Shown: positions 9,346-18,156, counted from the first letter of the stretch. The stretch: DNA of 64,000 nucleotides from a virus (IMGVR_UViG_2700989044_000001:75683-139682), one strand, 5' to 3'. Program-made: numbers and translations. Notes: generated from the sequence alone by a model not told the origin.

Positions 9346-9378
9346 AAAAAACCTCTTAGAAAAACTAAGAGGTTTTTT
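9346..9378. terminator. Bidirectional terminator between convergent genes
   Basis: aaaaaacctcttag-aaaaa-ctaagaggtttttt. Confidence 0.8.
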
Positions 9379-10201
9379 AAATTAGATTTTCAAATGTTGT
9401 AAAGTGACATTTTAAATCTGAAGAATGTTTATCTATGAACTTAGAATAGTAATTATTTAGTTTGCTAAGTCTCTTTCTGTCGTTTAAGATGAAAATTATT
9501 GGTATAGTTACAGGAGCTTCGAATGGTTGCCAATCGTGACACTTGAAGTCAGAGCTATTAAAAAAATAATTATGATAAGCATCTATCTTCTTGTTGAGTA
9601 CATCTTGATTTTCCGTAGATAAGTCAATTTCAAAAAATGCATAATTGTCGTTTTCATTGTTAAGCCAATATGAAAAACAATCTGGTCTAATTTCGTACTC
9701 TTTTGATCCTACAGAATACTTTAGTTTTATTTCTTGTTTCCAATCAAGTACTTCATATTTACTAGCTAACCCAGAAAATACCTCACTTACAGCAACAGTA
9801 TGTCTCCATTTTTGGTTTAATTTTTTAATAGGTCTGAATAGTTTTATATCTAATAGTTTTGATCCAGGTCTTGTTAGTACATAATGATATTCCGAAGAGC
9901 CTTCCCCTATGGATAATCTTGGAGAAAATCTATCTACACACCCTAATGAGAATAATTTTTTCATAGTTTTTAAAGTTGATTTATCTGGTGAGTTACTATC
10001 TGGATAAAATATCTTAGCTATTTGAGAAGTAGTAACTATTTTGTTCATGTTGATCATTTTGAGTATTTTGATATCTTTGTCATTAAGCCTAAGTTTAAGT
10101 TCGTTTATATAGTGAGCATTAGACTTTTTAACTGCTTCTTCGTGTAAATCTCTTAGCTTTCTATTCCTCTCCATTAATAGACAAACATCAGACGTAATCA
10201 T
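9377..10201 (-). CDS. Replication-relaxation (Replic_Relax) family relaxase-like protein
   Basis: N-terminal wHTH (IVTTSQIAKIF...LFSLGCV), GEGSSEYHYVLTRPG, RHTVAV, IRPD, FFEIDLSTE; the only long minus-strand gene, RBS aggagg on minus strand. Confidence 0.8.
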   Translation of the reverse strand: MITSDVCLLMERNRKLRDLHEEAVKKSNAHYINELKLRLNDKDIKILKMINMNKIVTTSQIAKIFYPDSNSPDKSTLKTMKKLFSLGCVDRFSPRLSIGEGSSEYHYVLTRPGSKLLDIKLFRPIKKLNQKWRHTVAVSEVFSGLASKYEVLDWKQEIKLKYSVGSKEYEIRPDCFSYWLNNENDNYAFFEIDLSTENQDVLNKKIDAYHNYFFNSSDFKCHDWQPFEAPVTIPIIFILNDRKRLSKLNNYYSKFIDKHSSDLKCHFTTFENLI

Positions 10202-10252
10202 AAATAACCTCCTTTTATTATATAGATATTCTAATTAATCAAAAATGATACC

Positions 10253-10383
10253 AGAAATTGGTTAATTTCTATGGTTAATTTCTTTTGATATTAACTGTGA
10301 TGTGTCTCCAACTATAAACAGTTGATGGATTTTTAAGGCGTGACCGTGCAAATCCTTCCTATCTCATTTTCAATGAGATGGAA
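10253..10383. repeat. Inverted/direct repeat cluster, candidate oriT or operator
   Basis: IR agaaatt-ggtt-aatttct (10253-10270); DR tggttaatttct x2 (10259, 10272); hairpin ttcc-t-atctcatt-ttc-aatgagat-ggaa (10356-10383). Confidence 0.45.
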
Positions 10384-10454
10384 CCTTGAGGAGGTTGGTG
10401 ATAAAAAAAATGAAAAATTTCTCAACGAAAAACTTTTTATTTTTTTGTGTCTCT

Positions 10455-10477
10455 TTTTTCGTCGTGGTGAATATAAT
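10455..10477 (+). promoter_or_regulatory. Putative promoter motif TTTTTC.TCGT..GTGAATATAAT (copy 1)
   Basis: Near-identical copy at 13105-13128; GTGAATATA also at 10762. Confidence 0.45.
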
Positions 10478-10513
10478 GAAAATATAACAAAGAAAAAAAG
10501 ATGGTGATAAATT

Positions 10514-10696
10514 TTGTTAGATAAAATAGAAGATTTAACTTTAGAATTTCTATTTGTTATTACTGATTTTGTTTATAAGATAGTAATTAACATAATAGAA
10601 AATTATATTGTTACAAGTGATGTCTGGCCAAAGTTGATTTTTGTAGGTATTATTTTCTGGATGTTTAAGAAGAAAAGAGTGGTGAGGAAAAAATAG
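10514..10696 (+). CDS. Small membrane protein at start of T4SS-like cluster
   Basis: Hydrophobic C-terminal helix followed by KKKR. Confidence 0.55.
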   Translation: MLDKIEDLTLEFLFVITDFVYKIVINIIENYIVTSDVWPKLIFVGIIFWMFKKKRVVRKK

Positions 10697-10810
10697 ATAA
10701 TTTCCTTATTATATAGGAAGGAAAAATAAATTTCTAATTCTTTGTAACATTTGATATTATTGTGAATATATTGATAATATAAGGTGGAAAATAAAAGGAG
10801 GAAACATAAC

Positions 10811-11269
10811 ATGGCTGAGTATTCGTTTGCTGATAGTAAATATGAGTCATTGGCTCAAGATTTAATTGATGCAGACCCAATTGATTTAGGTCATATCGAT
10901 GTTAGTGCAATTGCTTTTCTGAATAAAGAAGAGAAAAATCCAAAGTGGCCTTTTAGAATAATACCAATAAGAGAACCACTAACTATGTTAACTAAGTTTG
11001 AGTATTACGTTGAAATATGCGAATCACTATTAGAAAATGCAACTAAAGAACATATCGAATTACATATCTATAAAATTCTAAGACAAATTGATAAAGAGAG
11101 TGGAAGAATCATACATCCAAATGTTATTGAGTTTAGCGACATAATAGATTTGTTCGGTTATGACTGGCAAGAAAAGAAAATGTTACCTTCTATTATAGAT
11201 CAATTAGATGCAAAGACAGTTGCAAATACTTTGGTAGGTAACACTAGTGGACCGCCTAGCGTAATTTAA
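10811..11269 (+). CDS. Phage putative-metallopeptidase-like protein with degenerate zinc motif
   Basis: RBS aaggagg before ATG 10811; LHIYKILRQI...HPNVIEFSDII...YDW; paralog of 308-784. Confidence 0.5.
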   Translation: MAEYSFADSKYESLAQDLIDADPIDLGHIDVSAIAFLNKEEKNPKWPFRIIPIREPLTMLTKFEYYVEICESLLENATKEHIELHIYKILRQIDKESGRIIHPNVIEFSDIIDLFGYDWQEKKMLPSIIDQLDAKTVANTLVGNTSGPPSVI

Positions 11270-11288
11270 AATAAAGGAGAGAAGGTAA

Positions 11289-11753
11289 ATGAAAAAACAT
11301 TACGAAGTAGTCGGGACTATTGCGGAGTTAGATCTTAGGGAGTTAATAACTGAAAAAGAAAATAGCTTCGACGTTAATAAAGAAAAATTAAAGTTTATAG
11401 TTTCTGCAGCACTTTCAACTCTAATATTTTCATTAGTTTTTCAGGATCCATCTTTAGCAGCTAATGGTGAAATGATACAAACTGCTTCTTCCAATTTTAA
11501 AACTCCTACACAGTTAAATCACATACTGGAATTTGTTAGTTGGATAATCGATTTATTGAAATACATTTTATCGGGAATTGCAGGTTTAATTTGTACATTC
11601 GCTGGTTATAAGTGGGCTACATCTTTAGAAGGTAATGGCCAAGAAGCTGCTAAGAAAATTCTAAAGAATGCATTTGTAGGTGGCGTAATAGTTTGGACAG
11701 GTTCTTCAATAGCTGGATTCTTTGTGGATAAAATGAATGAAATATTAGGGTAG
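11289..11753 (+). CDS. VirB2/TrbC-like pilin
   Basis: Leader ending in PSLA, then two hydrophobic helices separated by EAAKKILKNAFVGGVIV. Confidence 0.7.
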   Translation: MKKHYEVVGTIAELDLRELITEKENSFDVNKEKLKFIVSAALSTLIFSLVFQDPSLAANGEMIQTASSNFKTPTQLNHILEFVSWIIDLLKYILSGIAGLICTFAGYKWATSLEGNGQEAAKKILKNAFVGGVIVWTGSSIAGFFVDKMNEILG

Positions 11754-11767
11754 TTTGGAGGGAGAAA

Positions 11768-11905
11768 ATGAGAGACCCATATAGTAAGATATTTGTTTAT
11801 ACAGTCGCAGGATTTTGCGGCGTTGCTGGTTTTATCATAACATATATTGCTATTGGTTATCTATTTAAGCCGGCGGAAACTTGGATTGAAAATAAAATGA
11901 GATAA
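11768..11905 (+). CDS. 45-aa single-TM protein (not in ORF track)
   Basis: RBS ggagggag; MRDPYSKIFVYTVAGFCGVAGFIITYIAIGYLFKPAETWIENKMR. Confidence 0.6.
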   Translation: MRDPYSKIFVYTVAGFCGVAGFIITYIAIGYLFKPAETWIENKMR

Positions 11906-11939
11906 AAAATAAAAATTGATAAAATAAGGGGGAAATTTA

Positions 11940-12089
11940 ATGTTTACTACTATTAGTGCAGTTGTTGGGACTGTTTTTCAATTTTATGTTGCCTCTAGAG
12001 TTTGCGTAGGTATTTTCAAAAATGTAAAAAACAAGTTAGAGAGTAATCAAGTTGAAAGTGAATCTCTAGACAGTAAGAAGGTGATTTAA
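11940..12089 (+). CDS. 49-aa hydrophobic-N-terminus protein (not in ORF track)
   Basis: RBS aaggggg; stop abuts GTG of VirB6-like gene. Confidence 0.55.
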   Translation: MFTTISAVVGTVFQFYVASRVCVGIFKNVKNKLESNQVESESLDSKKVI

Positions 12090-13049
12090 GTGGATTGGAG
12101 CTTAGGGATAACGGAATCTATTAAAAAAGAAGTCGGTGAAAGTTGGGAATTAATAAAAGAGAATATTGGAGATTTCTTCCTATATTTATCACAACAATTA
12201 CAAGAAGGAGCAAATAGTTTTTTAGCAGAAATGCTAGATTTCGTACTCTATACTCCTTTAGTAGCTGATAATGAAATCATTTTATCTATTTGGGCGACAG
12301 TTAGAATTATTTCATTTGCACTCATTGGTGTAATGTTCGTTTGGGAAGGATTTAAGAAAGTTATTTCAACCGACAATATTATAAGACATGTGGAGTTTAA
12401 AGAAATGTTTGTAAGGATGGTTTACGGAATAGTATTAGCTGTTTTTAGCTTAGACATTATTGATTTGATGATTAACTTTAACAATGTTTTAATCGATACA
12501 GTGAAAAGTTCTTTCCCAATGACATTAGAATCTAAGTTAAATATAAATGGAGTATTCAGCTTCCTTATGGTATTAGCTTTAGTAATAGTTCAAGTTGTAT
12601 TAGGAATAAAACTCGTCTTACAGTACTGGATGCGTATAGCAGAGATATGGCTCATGGCTGTATTAGGTCCTCTGGTATACGTACTATGGATAAACCCTGG
12701 CTCGAAATTAAGTGGAGTTTTATCGCAGTGGGTAAGCAGGCTTACAACTACAATATTTACTACATTCATATGGGCTTTAATTTTAGCAATTTATTCTGGT
12801 ATGGTGAGTATGATAGCTTCTGCTGGCATGTTAGCTGGTTTCCCTACTCTAGGTCCAATTGCAGGAATTTGTTTATCAATAGCCATGTTGCTAATTATGA
12901 TTGAAACACCAGCATTCTTAAGGAGTTTTATGGACAACCAACCTAATGCATTGCATTTAGTTAAGAAAGTTTATACCAACGTTAAATCAAGTACGCCTAT
13001 GGGGTTTGCTAATAAAGCTGCTGGATGGATACTACCTAGTAAAACGTAA
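12090..13049 (+). CDS. VirB6/TrbL-like polytopic membrane protein
   Basis: About 6 TMs; RIAEIWLMAVLGPLVYVLW...W motif; position between pilin and PrgI/VirB4. Confidence 0.75.
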   Translation: MDWSLGITESIKKEVGESWELIKENIGDFFLYLSQQLQEGANSFLAEMLDFVLYTPLVADNEIILSIWATVRIISFALIGVMFVWEGFKKVISTDNIIRHVEFKEMFVRMVYGIVLAVFSLDIIDLMINFNNVLIDTVKSSFPMTLESKLNINGVFSFLMVLALVIVQVVLGIKLVLQYWMRIAEIWLMAVLGPLVYVLWINPGSKLSGVLSQWVSRLTTTIFTTFIWALILAIYSGMVSMIASAGMLAGFPTLGPIAGICLSIAMLLIMIETPAFLRSFMDNQPNALHLVKKVYTNVKSSTPMGFANKAAGWILPSKT

Positions 13050-13071
13050 TTTATTTAAATTACGTTTTTTT
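13041..13071 (+). terminator. Terminator within T4SS cluster
   Basis: aaaacgtaattt-attt-aaattacgtttt plus T run. Confidence 0.6.
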
Positions 13072-13104
13072 ATTTTTTTAAATTATTTACCATATTTTAG
13101 GTCA

Positions 13105-13128
13105 TTTTTCATCGTTAGTGAATATAAT
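13105..13128 (+). promoter_or_regulatory. Putative promoter motif (copy 2)
   Basis: tttttcatcgttagtgaatataat, matches 10455-10477. Confidence 0.45.
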
Positions 13129-13153
13129 AATTATATAAGGAGGAGGAAATAAT

Positions 13154-13531
13154 ATGATAGAGAAAGAACCATTATGTGCTATACCAAGAAATTTAAATGA
13201 GCCAGATACTATTATCCACTATCCTGTAAAGTTAAATTGGAAACAAATTAGTTATATTTGCGTAGGTGTAGCGGGAGCATATTTTGCTTTTCAAACTGGG
13301 TTACCTATTGAATATAAAACTGCTTTAATGGCTGGTAGCGTTGGAACTTCATTAGTTACTAGTTTAATAAAATATGAAGATTCTACTATTGATGAATTGG
13401 TAATTGATAGTTTGCACTATGCTCAGAAGAAAAATATCTATAGACAACTAGAGAAACGAGGTGCAATGAATGTCAAATTCAACTCTTATGAAGAAAAAAT
13501 CACCGGAGATTATGCCTTTTCAGAGTTCTAG
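13154..13531 (+). CDS. prgI: PrgI/VirB3-like membrane protein
   Basis: IPRNLNEPD.I..P..LNWKQISY N-terminus, two TMs, overlaps virB4 start. Confidence 0.7.
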   Translation: MIEKEPLCAIPRNLNEPDTIIHYPVKLNWKQISYICVGVAGAYFAFQTGLPIEYKTALMAGSVGTSLVTSLIKYEDSTIDELVIDSLHYAQKKNIYRQLEKRGAMNVKFNSYEEKITGDYAFSEF

Positions 13532-15161
13532 TCTCCGCAAAGTATTAAAGGTTTCATCAGTCAATTTAGGGTTTAAATCCTACAATGATAAACTTGCTAT
13601 TGTTGAAAATTTCGGTAGATTTTTAAACTCTTTAACTCATCCTATACAAATAGTTAGTGATACAAAGTTGATAAATCCAGATGAATGGCTATTAAAAATG
13701 CCAGATCAAGATTATTATGAATTCTTAAAAGACTTAGTAAACTCTAGTAATGTTTCAGAGAAAATATTTTACATAGCTTATACTGCGCAAGATGAGTCAG
13801 AATTAAAGATAATAACAGATGCTTTAAGGAGTGGAATTAAAAGGTGTCGTCTATTGGCAGAAGAAGTTGAACCCGAAATTTCACAAAGCATACCAGTGCT
13901 TAAACCAGGACATGTTAAAGTTGGTGATTGGTATAATCATACTTTGATAGTAAAGAATTGGCCACATAGCTGCGTATCGGGTTGGTTAGAAAACCTGTAC
14001 AATTTAGACAAAAACATAACTTTATCAATGTTTATAGAGCCACAAAATAAACAAGATTCTATTAAATACATTAGCAAGAGACTAGCAAGATTGCAATCTA
14101 ACTCAATTATTAAAGATAAAGAAAATAAAACTAATGGCGAAGAAGATGAAAGTATTGCAACTGGTCTAAATATGAGAGAAGAACTAATGAGAAATGAAGG
14201 TAATTTCTTTTTCGTTAGTTATTACATTACTGTTAAAGCAAAAAGTTTAGAACAATTAAAAAGAGATACAAAATTTGTAAAAACTATTTTAAACGGAATG
14301 ATGATTGAAACGTCTAAAGCTACTTTAAGACATGATGATGGATATAGATGTTCACTCCCACTTATGCAAAATAACCTTCGTTCTAAAGCTGCGTATACAT
14401 TCACAACTACCCCACTAAAGAGATTTTTCCCTTTTATGTCTGCTAATATAGTTGATAAAGGCGGAATAATGATTGGTAGCAATTTATTAAATAATTCATT
14501 AATTTTCTTAGATCACTTTAGTTATTCAACAGCGAGTATGGTTGTTATAGGAAAGACTGGTTCTGGTAAATCATTTACTGTAAAAGCTCAAATAGATAAG
14601 CTGGTAAAACAGGGAGTGGAAGTAACTGTTTTAGATATAGAAAAAGAATTTGATAGGATGCAAAAGCATAAGAATTTAATAGTAAAACACTTTGGGACCA
14701 AGGTTGAACAGTACAAACAATTCTTATTTGACTATTGGGAAGAAGTAAATAATGGACCTAAAAAACCAAGATTTTTAGTAATTGATGAGTTTTGGAGCTA
14801 TAAAAAAGATCCGGAAATAGCTGATTTATTGCAAAAAATGGCTAAGTTAGGAAGAAAGAGATGGTTAGGTATTTGTCCGATTACTCAAGAAGTAAATGAT
14901 ATGTTAAGTGATGAATTCTCTAAGAGTCTAATAAATAATTCCAGTATAAAAATTATTTTACAAATTGATCCTAATCAAAGAAAATTAGTACAAGAAACTT
15001 TTGGTTTGACAGATTCTGAAGTATCTTTCTTAATTGGTGCATCTGAGGGTGAAGGAATATTGTTCGCAGGTACAAATCATGTGCAATTTAAAACAATTGT
15101 ATCAGATAAACAATATGCGCAAATAACGACAAAGCCACAGGAGTTATATCAAGTTAGTTAA
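13470..15161 (+). CDS. virB4: VirB4-like ATPase (compact)
   Basis: Walker A VIGKTGSGKS, Walker B LVIDEFW, RKRW...ITQEV.D, GASEGEG, N-terminal FFVSYYITV segment. Confidence 0.85.
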   Translation: MSNSTLMKKKSPEIMPFQSSSLRKVLKVSSVNLGFKSYNDKLAIVENFGRFLNSLTHPIQIVSDTKLINPDEWLLKMPDQDYYEFLKDLVNSSNVSEKIFYIAYTAQDESELKIITDALRSGIKRCRLLAEEVEPEISQSIPVLKPGHVKVGDWYNHTLIVKNWPHSCVSGWLENLYNLDKNITLSMFIEPQNKQDSIKYISKRLARLQSNSIIKDKENKTNGEEDESIATGLNMREELMRNEGNFFFVSYYITVKAKSLEQLKRDTKFVKTILNGMMIETSKATLRHDDGYRCSLPLMQNNLRSKAAYTFTTTPLKRFFPFMSANIVDKGGIMIGSNLLNNSLIFLDHFSYSTASMVVIGKTGSGKSFTVKAQIDKLVKQGVEVTVLDIEKEFDRMQKHKNLIVKHFGTKVEQYKQFLFDYWEEVNNGPKKPRFLVIDEFWSYKKDPEIADLLQKMAKLGRKRWLGICPITQEVNDMLSDEFSKSLINNSSIKIILQIDPNQRKLVQETFGLTDSEVSFLIGASEGEGILFAGTNHVQFKTIVSDKQYAQITTKPQELYQVS

Positions 15162-15176
15162 GGAAGGAGTGTAATT

Positions 15177-17654
15177 GTGTTTAGTAAAAAAATTGAATAT
15201 CCTAAAGATAGTATTGTCATTAAATTGGAGAATGATATTGAATCTACTCATGATGATAGATCTAGTGAGGTTGAGAGTTTTTGGTCTAGTATTCATGGGT
15301 TACAAGATAAAAAAGAGCGACCAACATTTTCTTTTGAGATATTAAGTGACAAAAAAGGAGCAGCTTTTTATCTAGCTATACCTAAAAGATTTCAAAGTAT
15401 AATTGGTAAAAAGTTAAATGCAGTTTATCCATATATAGAAATTAAAGAAGTTGCTGATCCAGTTAAAGAGTTTAGTCCTAAGATAGATGAACACGTTTAT
15501 AGTTGTGAGTTAAAGTTAACAAATCATGAATCTTTTAATTTAAAGACATCGGGTTTAAGTAAGACATTTTTAAATAATTTATTAAATACTATGAACCATT
15601 TTAATGAGGATGATTCATCATTAGTGCAAATTTTAATAAAACCGTTACCAGAATCTTGGAATCATAAAGCTCAAAGAAATTCAACTAGAGCAAGGGCAAA
15701 AAGTTTTCATAGTTCAAATCCAATTGTAAAAGGATTAATGTTGATAGTAGATTTACTAGTAAGCTCGGTAATGTTAGTACTTGATTCAACAGTTACTAAT
15801 GGACAACTTAAAAAATCATTTAAAGAAGTATCCGCAACAACTACTAAAACAGAAAAAGATGATAAATTTTCAAAACCCTGTTTTAATGTTTCAGTTAGGA
15901 TTGCATCTAAATCAAAAGATGCAATTGTAGCAGAACAAACAGCTAAGAGTATATCAACAGTGTTCCAAAATTTAGATAGTGAAAACAAACTAAGACCTAA
16001 AAAAATAACTTTTAAATCTATAGAAGAAAGGTTTGAAGAACCAAAGACATTTAAAAATAGCGCGTTAAATGTACAAGAAATGTCCCAGTTTATACATTTA
16101 CCTGGGAAAGGTGTATCCGCTGATAATGTCGGTAAAGGAAATGTAAAAATGCCATATGACAAAAATGTTCCATCTAAAGGAATAGTTTTTGGATATAGCC
16201 CGCAAAAAGATAATAAACCTGTTGCTTTCCCTATGAAAGTTATTTCTTTAGAAAAATACGACGAATTATATGACGAATATGAAAAGCTAATCGATAACTT
16301 ATGTAAGCCTAGATTGGTTTTAGGTCAAATGGGTACTGGGAAAAGTGAGTGGGTAGTTAATTATACTCTTAGTTTAATTAATGCGGGACTATCTGTAATT
16401 ATTGTAGATCCTAAAAATGATACTCAAGAAAGGTTAATACAATCAATATCTGAAGATAAAATAGATAAAATTGACTACTTAAATTTAGGAGATTTAATAT
16501 TCCCTCCTGGTATGAATCTGCTGAGACGTAGAAACCCTGGCGACCCAACTGAAATATCATTAATTGTACAATCTTTAATAAGCTTCTTTAAGAAAGAATT
16601 TGGACGTTCGTGGGGCTTTGCGATGCAGCAATTAATTATGATGACTGGTAATGCTATCTTATTAGATGAAGTCGCAACTCTATACGAATTCCAATTAATG
16701 TTAACTAATAAAGAGTATAGAGCAAAAATGATAGACAAGATAGAAGCGAAAATAGCTGAAAACTCTGGTGGTAAAGCAATGTTAAAAGAGTTACTACAAT
16801 TCTGGAAACAGTTTCATAGTTGGCCAGAAAAAAATCAAATGGATCGCATTAGTTCCACAATGAATAAGATAGGCGTATTTATGAGTAATAGAATTGTAAG
16901 AGCTATAGTGTCTCAAGAAGAAAGTTATGATTTTAGAAAAGCTGGAGATAATGGAAGAATAACTATTGTTAATATTCCTGATGGAGAATTGCAAGATGAA
17001 AATAGAGAACTATTAGCATCATTTATAAATAAAGCTATTTGGTTAGATTTCCGTTCGCGAGCATCTATGCCTATAAGAAAACGTTATCCAACTATGTGGT
17101 TAATTGAAGAAGCACACATGGTTATGGATACTGAATTTATACCTGTCTTAACTCAATCTCGTGGATATCGTTTAGGCGTAACAGTATTAACTCAAGGCTT
17201 AACGAACTTTGATAATAAAGGTATGAGTGAACTTAAAGATTTAATTTTAACTAACTGCAAAAATAAAGTAGTTTTCCGTGTTGGGCCACAAGATGCTCGC
17301 GCATTAGCGGAAGAATTCTCTCCACTTACTTCATATGATTTAATGAATTGTCCAGATTATCATTTCTATTCTAAGATACTACTTGAAGATGGTAAAGTTT
17401 CAGATGTGTTCTTTGCGAATTCACCACCAGTAGCACCTGAATTAAGAGATTATCAGAAATACAAAGAAGCAAGTAGATCTGGTAAATATACAATAGATGA
17501 AATAGAGGATAGACTAGATTCAAGACATAACTTAGAAGATACATCTTCTATAATGAATTTAGGTTTATCTATGGAAGAGGAAAAAACAATTGTTAAAGAA
17601 GAAAAACCTAAAAAGAGAAGGGCTAAGCCAGGTCTAGAGTTTTTAGATAATTAA
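15177..17654 (+). CDS. virD4: VirD4/TraD-like coupling ATPase
   Basis: Walker A LVLGQMGTGKS, IIVDPKND, Walker B LIEEAH, SRGYRLGVTVLTQ, NKVVFRVG..DA. Confidence 0.8.
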   Translation: MFSKKIEYPKDSIVIKLENDIESTHDDRSSEVESFWSSIHGLQDKKERPTFSFEILSDKKGAAFYLAIPKRFQSIIGKKLNAVYPYIEIKEVADPVKEFSPKIDEHVYSCELKLTNHESFNLKTSGLSKTFLNNLLNTMNHFNEDDSSLVQILIKPLPESWNHKAQRNSTRARAKSFHSSNPIVKGLMLIVDLLVSSVMLVLDSTVTNGQLKKSFKEVSATTTKTEKDDKFSKPCFNVSVRIASKSKDAIVAEQTAKSISTVFQNLDSENKLRPKKITFKSIEERFEEPKTFKNSALNVQEMSQFIHLPGKGVSADNVGKGNVKMPYDKNVPSKGIVFGYSPQKDNKPVAFPMKVISLEKYDELYDEYEKLIDNLCKPRLVLGQMGTGKSEWVVNYTLSLINAGLSVIIVDPKNDTQERLIQSISEDKIDKIDYLNLGDLIFPPGMNLLRRRNPGDPTEISLIVQSLISFFKKEFGRSWGFAMQQLIMMTGNAILLDEVATLYEFQLMLTNKEYRAKMIDKIEAKIAENSGGKAMLKELLQFWKQFHSWPEKNQMDRISSTMNKIGVFMSNRIVRAIVSQEESYDFRKAGDNGRITIVNIPDGELQDENRELLASFINKAIWLDFRSRASMPIRKRYPTMWLIEEAHMVMDTEFIPVLTQSRGYRLGVTVLTQGLTNFDNKGMSELKDLILTNCKNKVVFRVGPQDARALAEEFSPLTSYDLMNCPDYHFYSKILLEDGKVSDVFFANSPPVAPELRDYQKYKEASRSGKYTIDEIEDRLDSRHNLEDTSSIMNLGLSMEEEKTIVKEEKPKKRRAKPGLEFLDN

Positions 17655-17678
17655 AAAGGGACGAAAGTTCCTTTTTTT
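17653..17678 (+). terminator. Terminator closing T4SS-like cluster
   Basis: aaaaagggac-gaaa-gttccttttt, GNRA loop. Confidence 0.75.
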
Positions 17679-17679
17679 A

Positions 17680-17708
17680 TTTACATAAAATATTGATTTT
17701 GATATAAT
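17680..17708 (+). promoter_or_regulatory. sigmaA-type promoter
   Basis: TTTACA-N17-TATAAT with TG extended -10. Confidence 0.7.
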
Positions 17709-17739
17709 TAAAATATAATATAAAGAAGGTGGAATTGTT

Positions 17740-18156
17740 ATGGTTGAAGAGATACTAATACAACAGTTGTATAGCGCTAGCTTACTTAGAAAAGAAATGT
17801 ATAGTATTGAAGATGTATTGTCAAAGCGCGTAGAATCATACTTTAAAAGTAAAGATTCTAAAGTAGATTTTGATGGTGATTTGATAAAAATGAATTCTCA
17901 AAGATATGAAGTTTTTGATTTAAAAGGTATAATTTGCTGTAGTTGTGGATTAGAAGGTAGATTTTTTGCAAAAGAAAGAGGTAATGAGAGCTACCCTTAT
18001 CATTTTAATTTATATGCTGTTAATGATAAAGGCGAGGAAGTACTTATGACTAAAGATCACATTGTACCAGTTTCAAAAGGTGGTAAAAATCACATTAGTA
18101 ATTATCAAACCATGTGTATTATTTGTAATGAAAAAAAGGGAAATCAAGAGGTTTAA
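17740..18156 (+). CDS. HNH endonuclease
   Basis: CCSCG, TKDHIVPVSKGGKNHISNYQTMCIICNEKKG. Confidence 0.9.
   Translation: MVEEILIQQLYSASLLRKEMYSIEDVLSKRVESYFKSKDSKVDFDGDLIKMNSQRYEVFDLKGIICCSCGLEGRFFAKERGNESYPYHFNLYAVNDKGEEVLMTKDHIVPVSKGGKNHISNYQTMCIICNEKKGNQEV

Noticed and set aside
9377-17654. Independent ICE or plasmid freshly integrated into the phage
   Set aside because: No integrase, transposase or att-like flanking repeats seen, and composition, RBS and terminators match the phage; not fully excluded without comparative data
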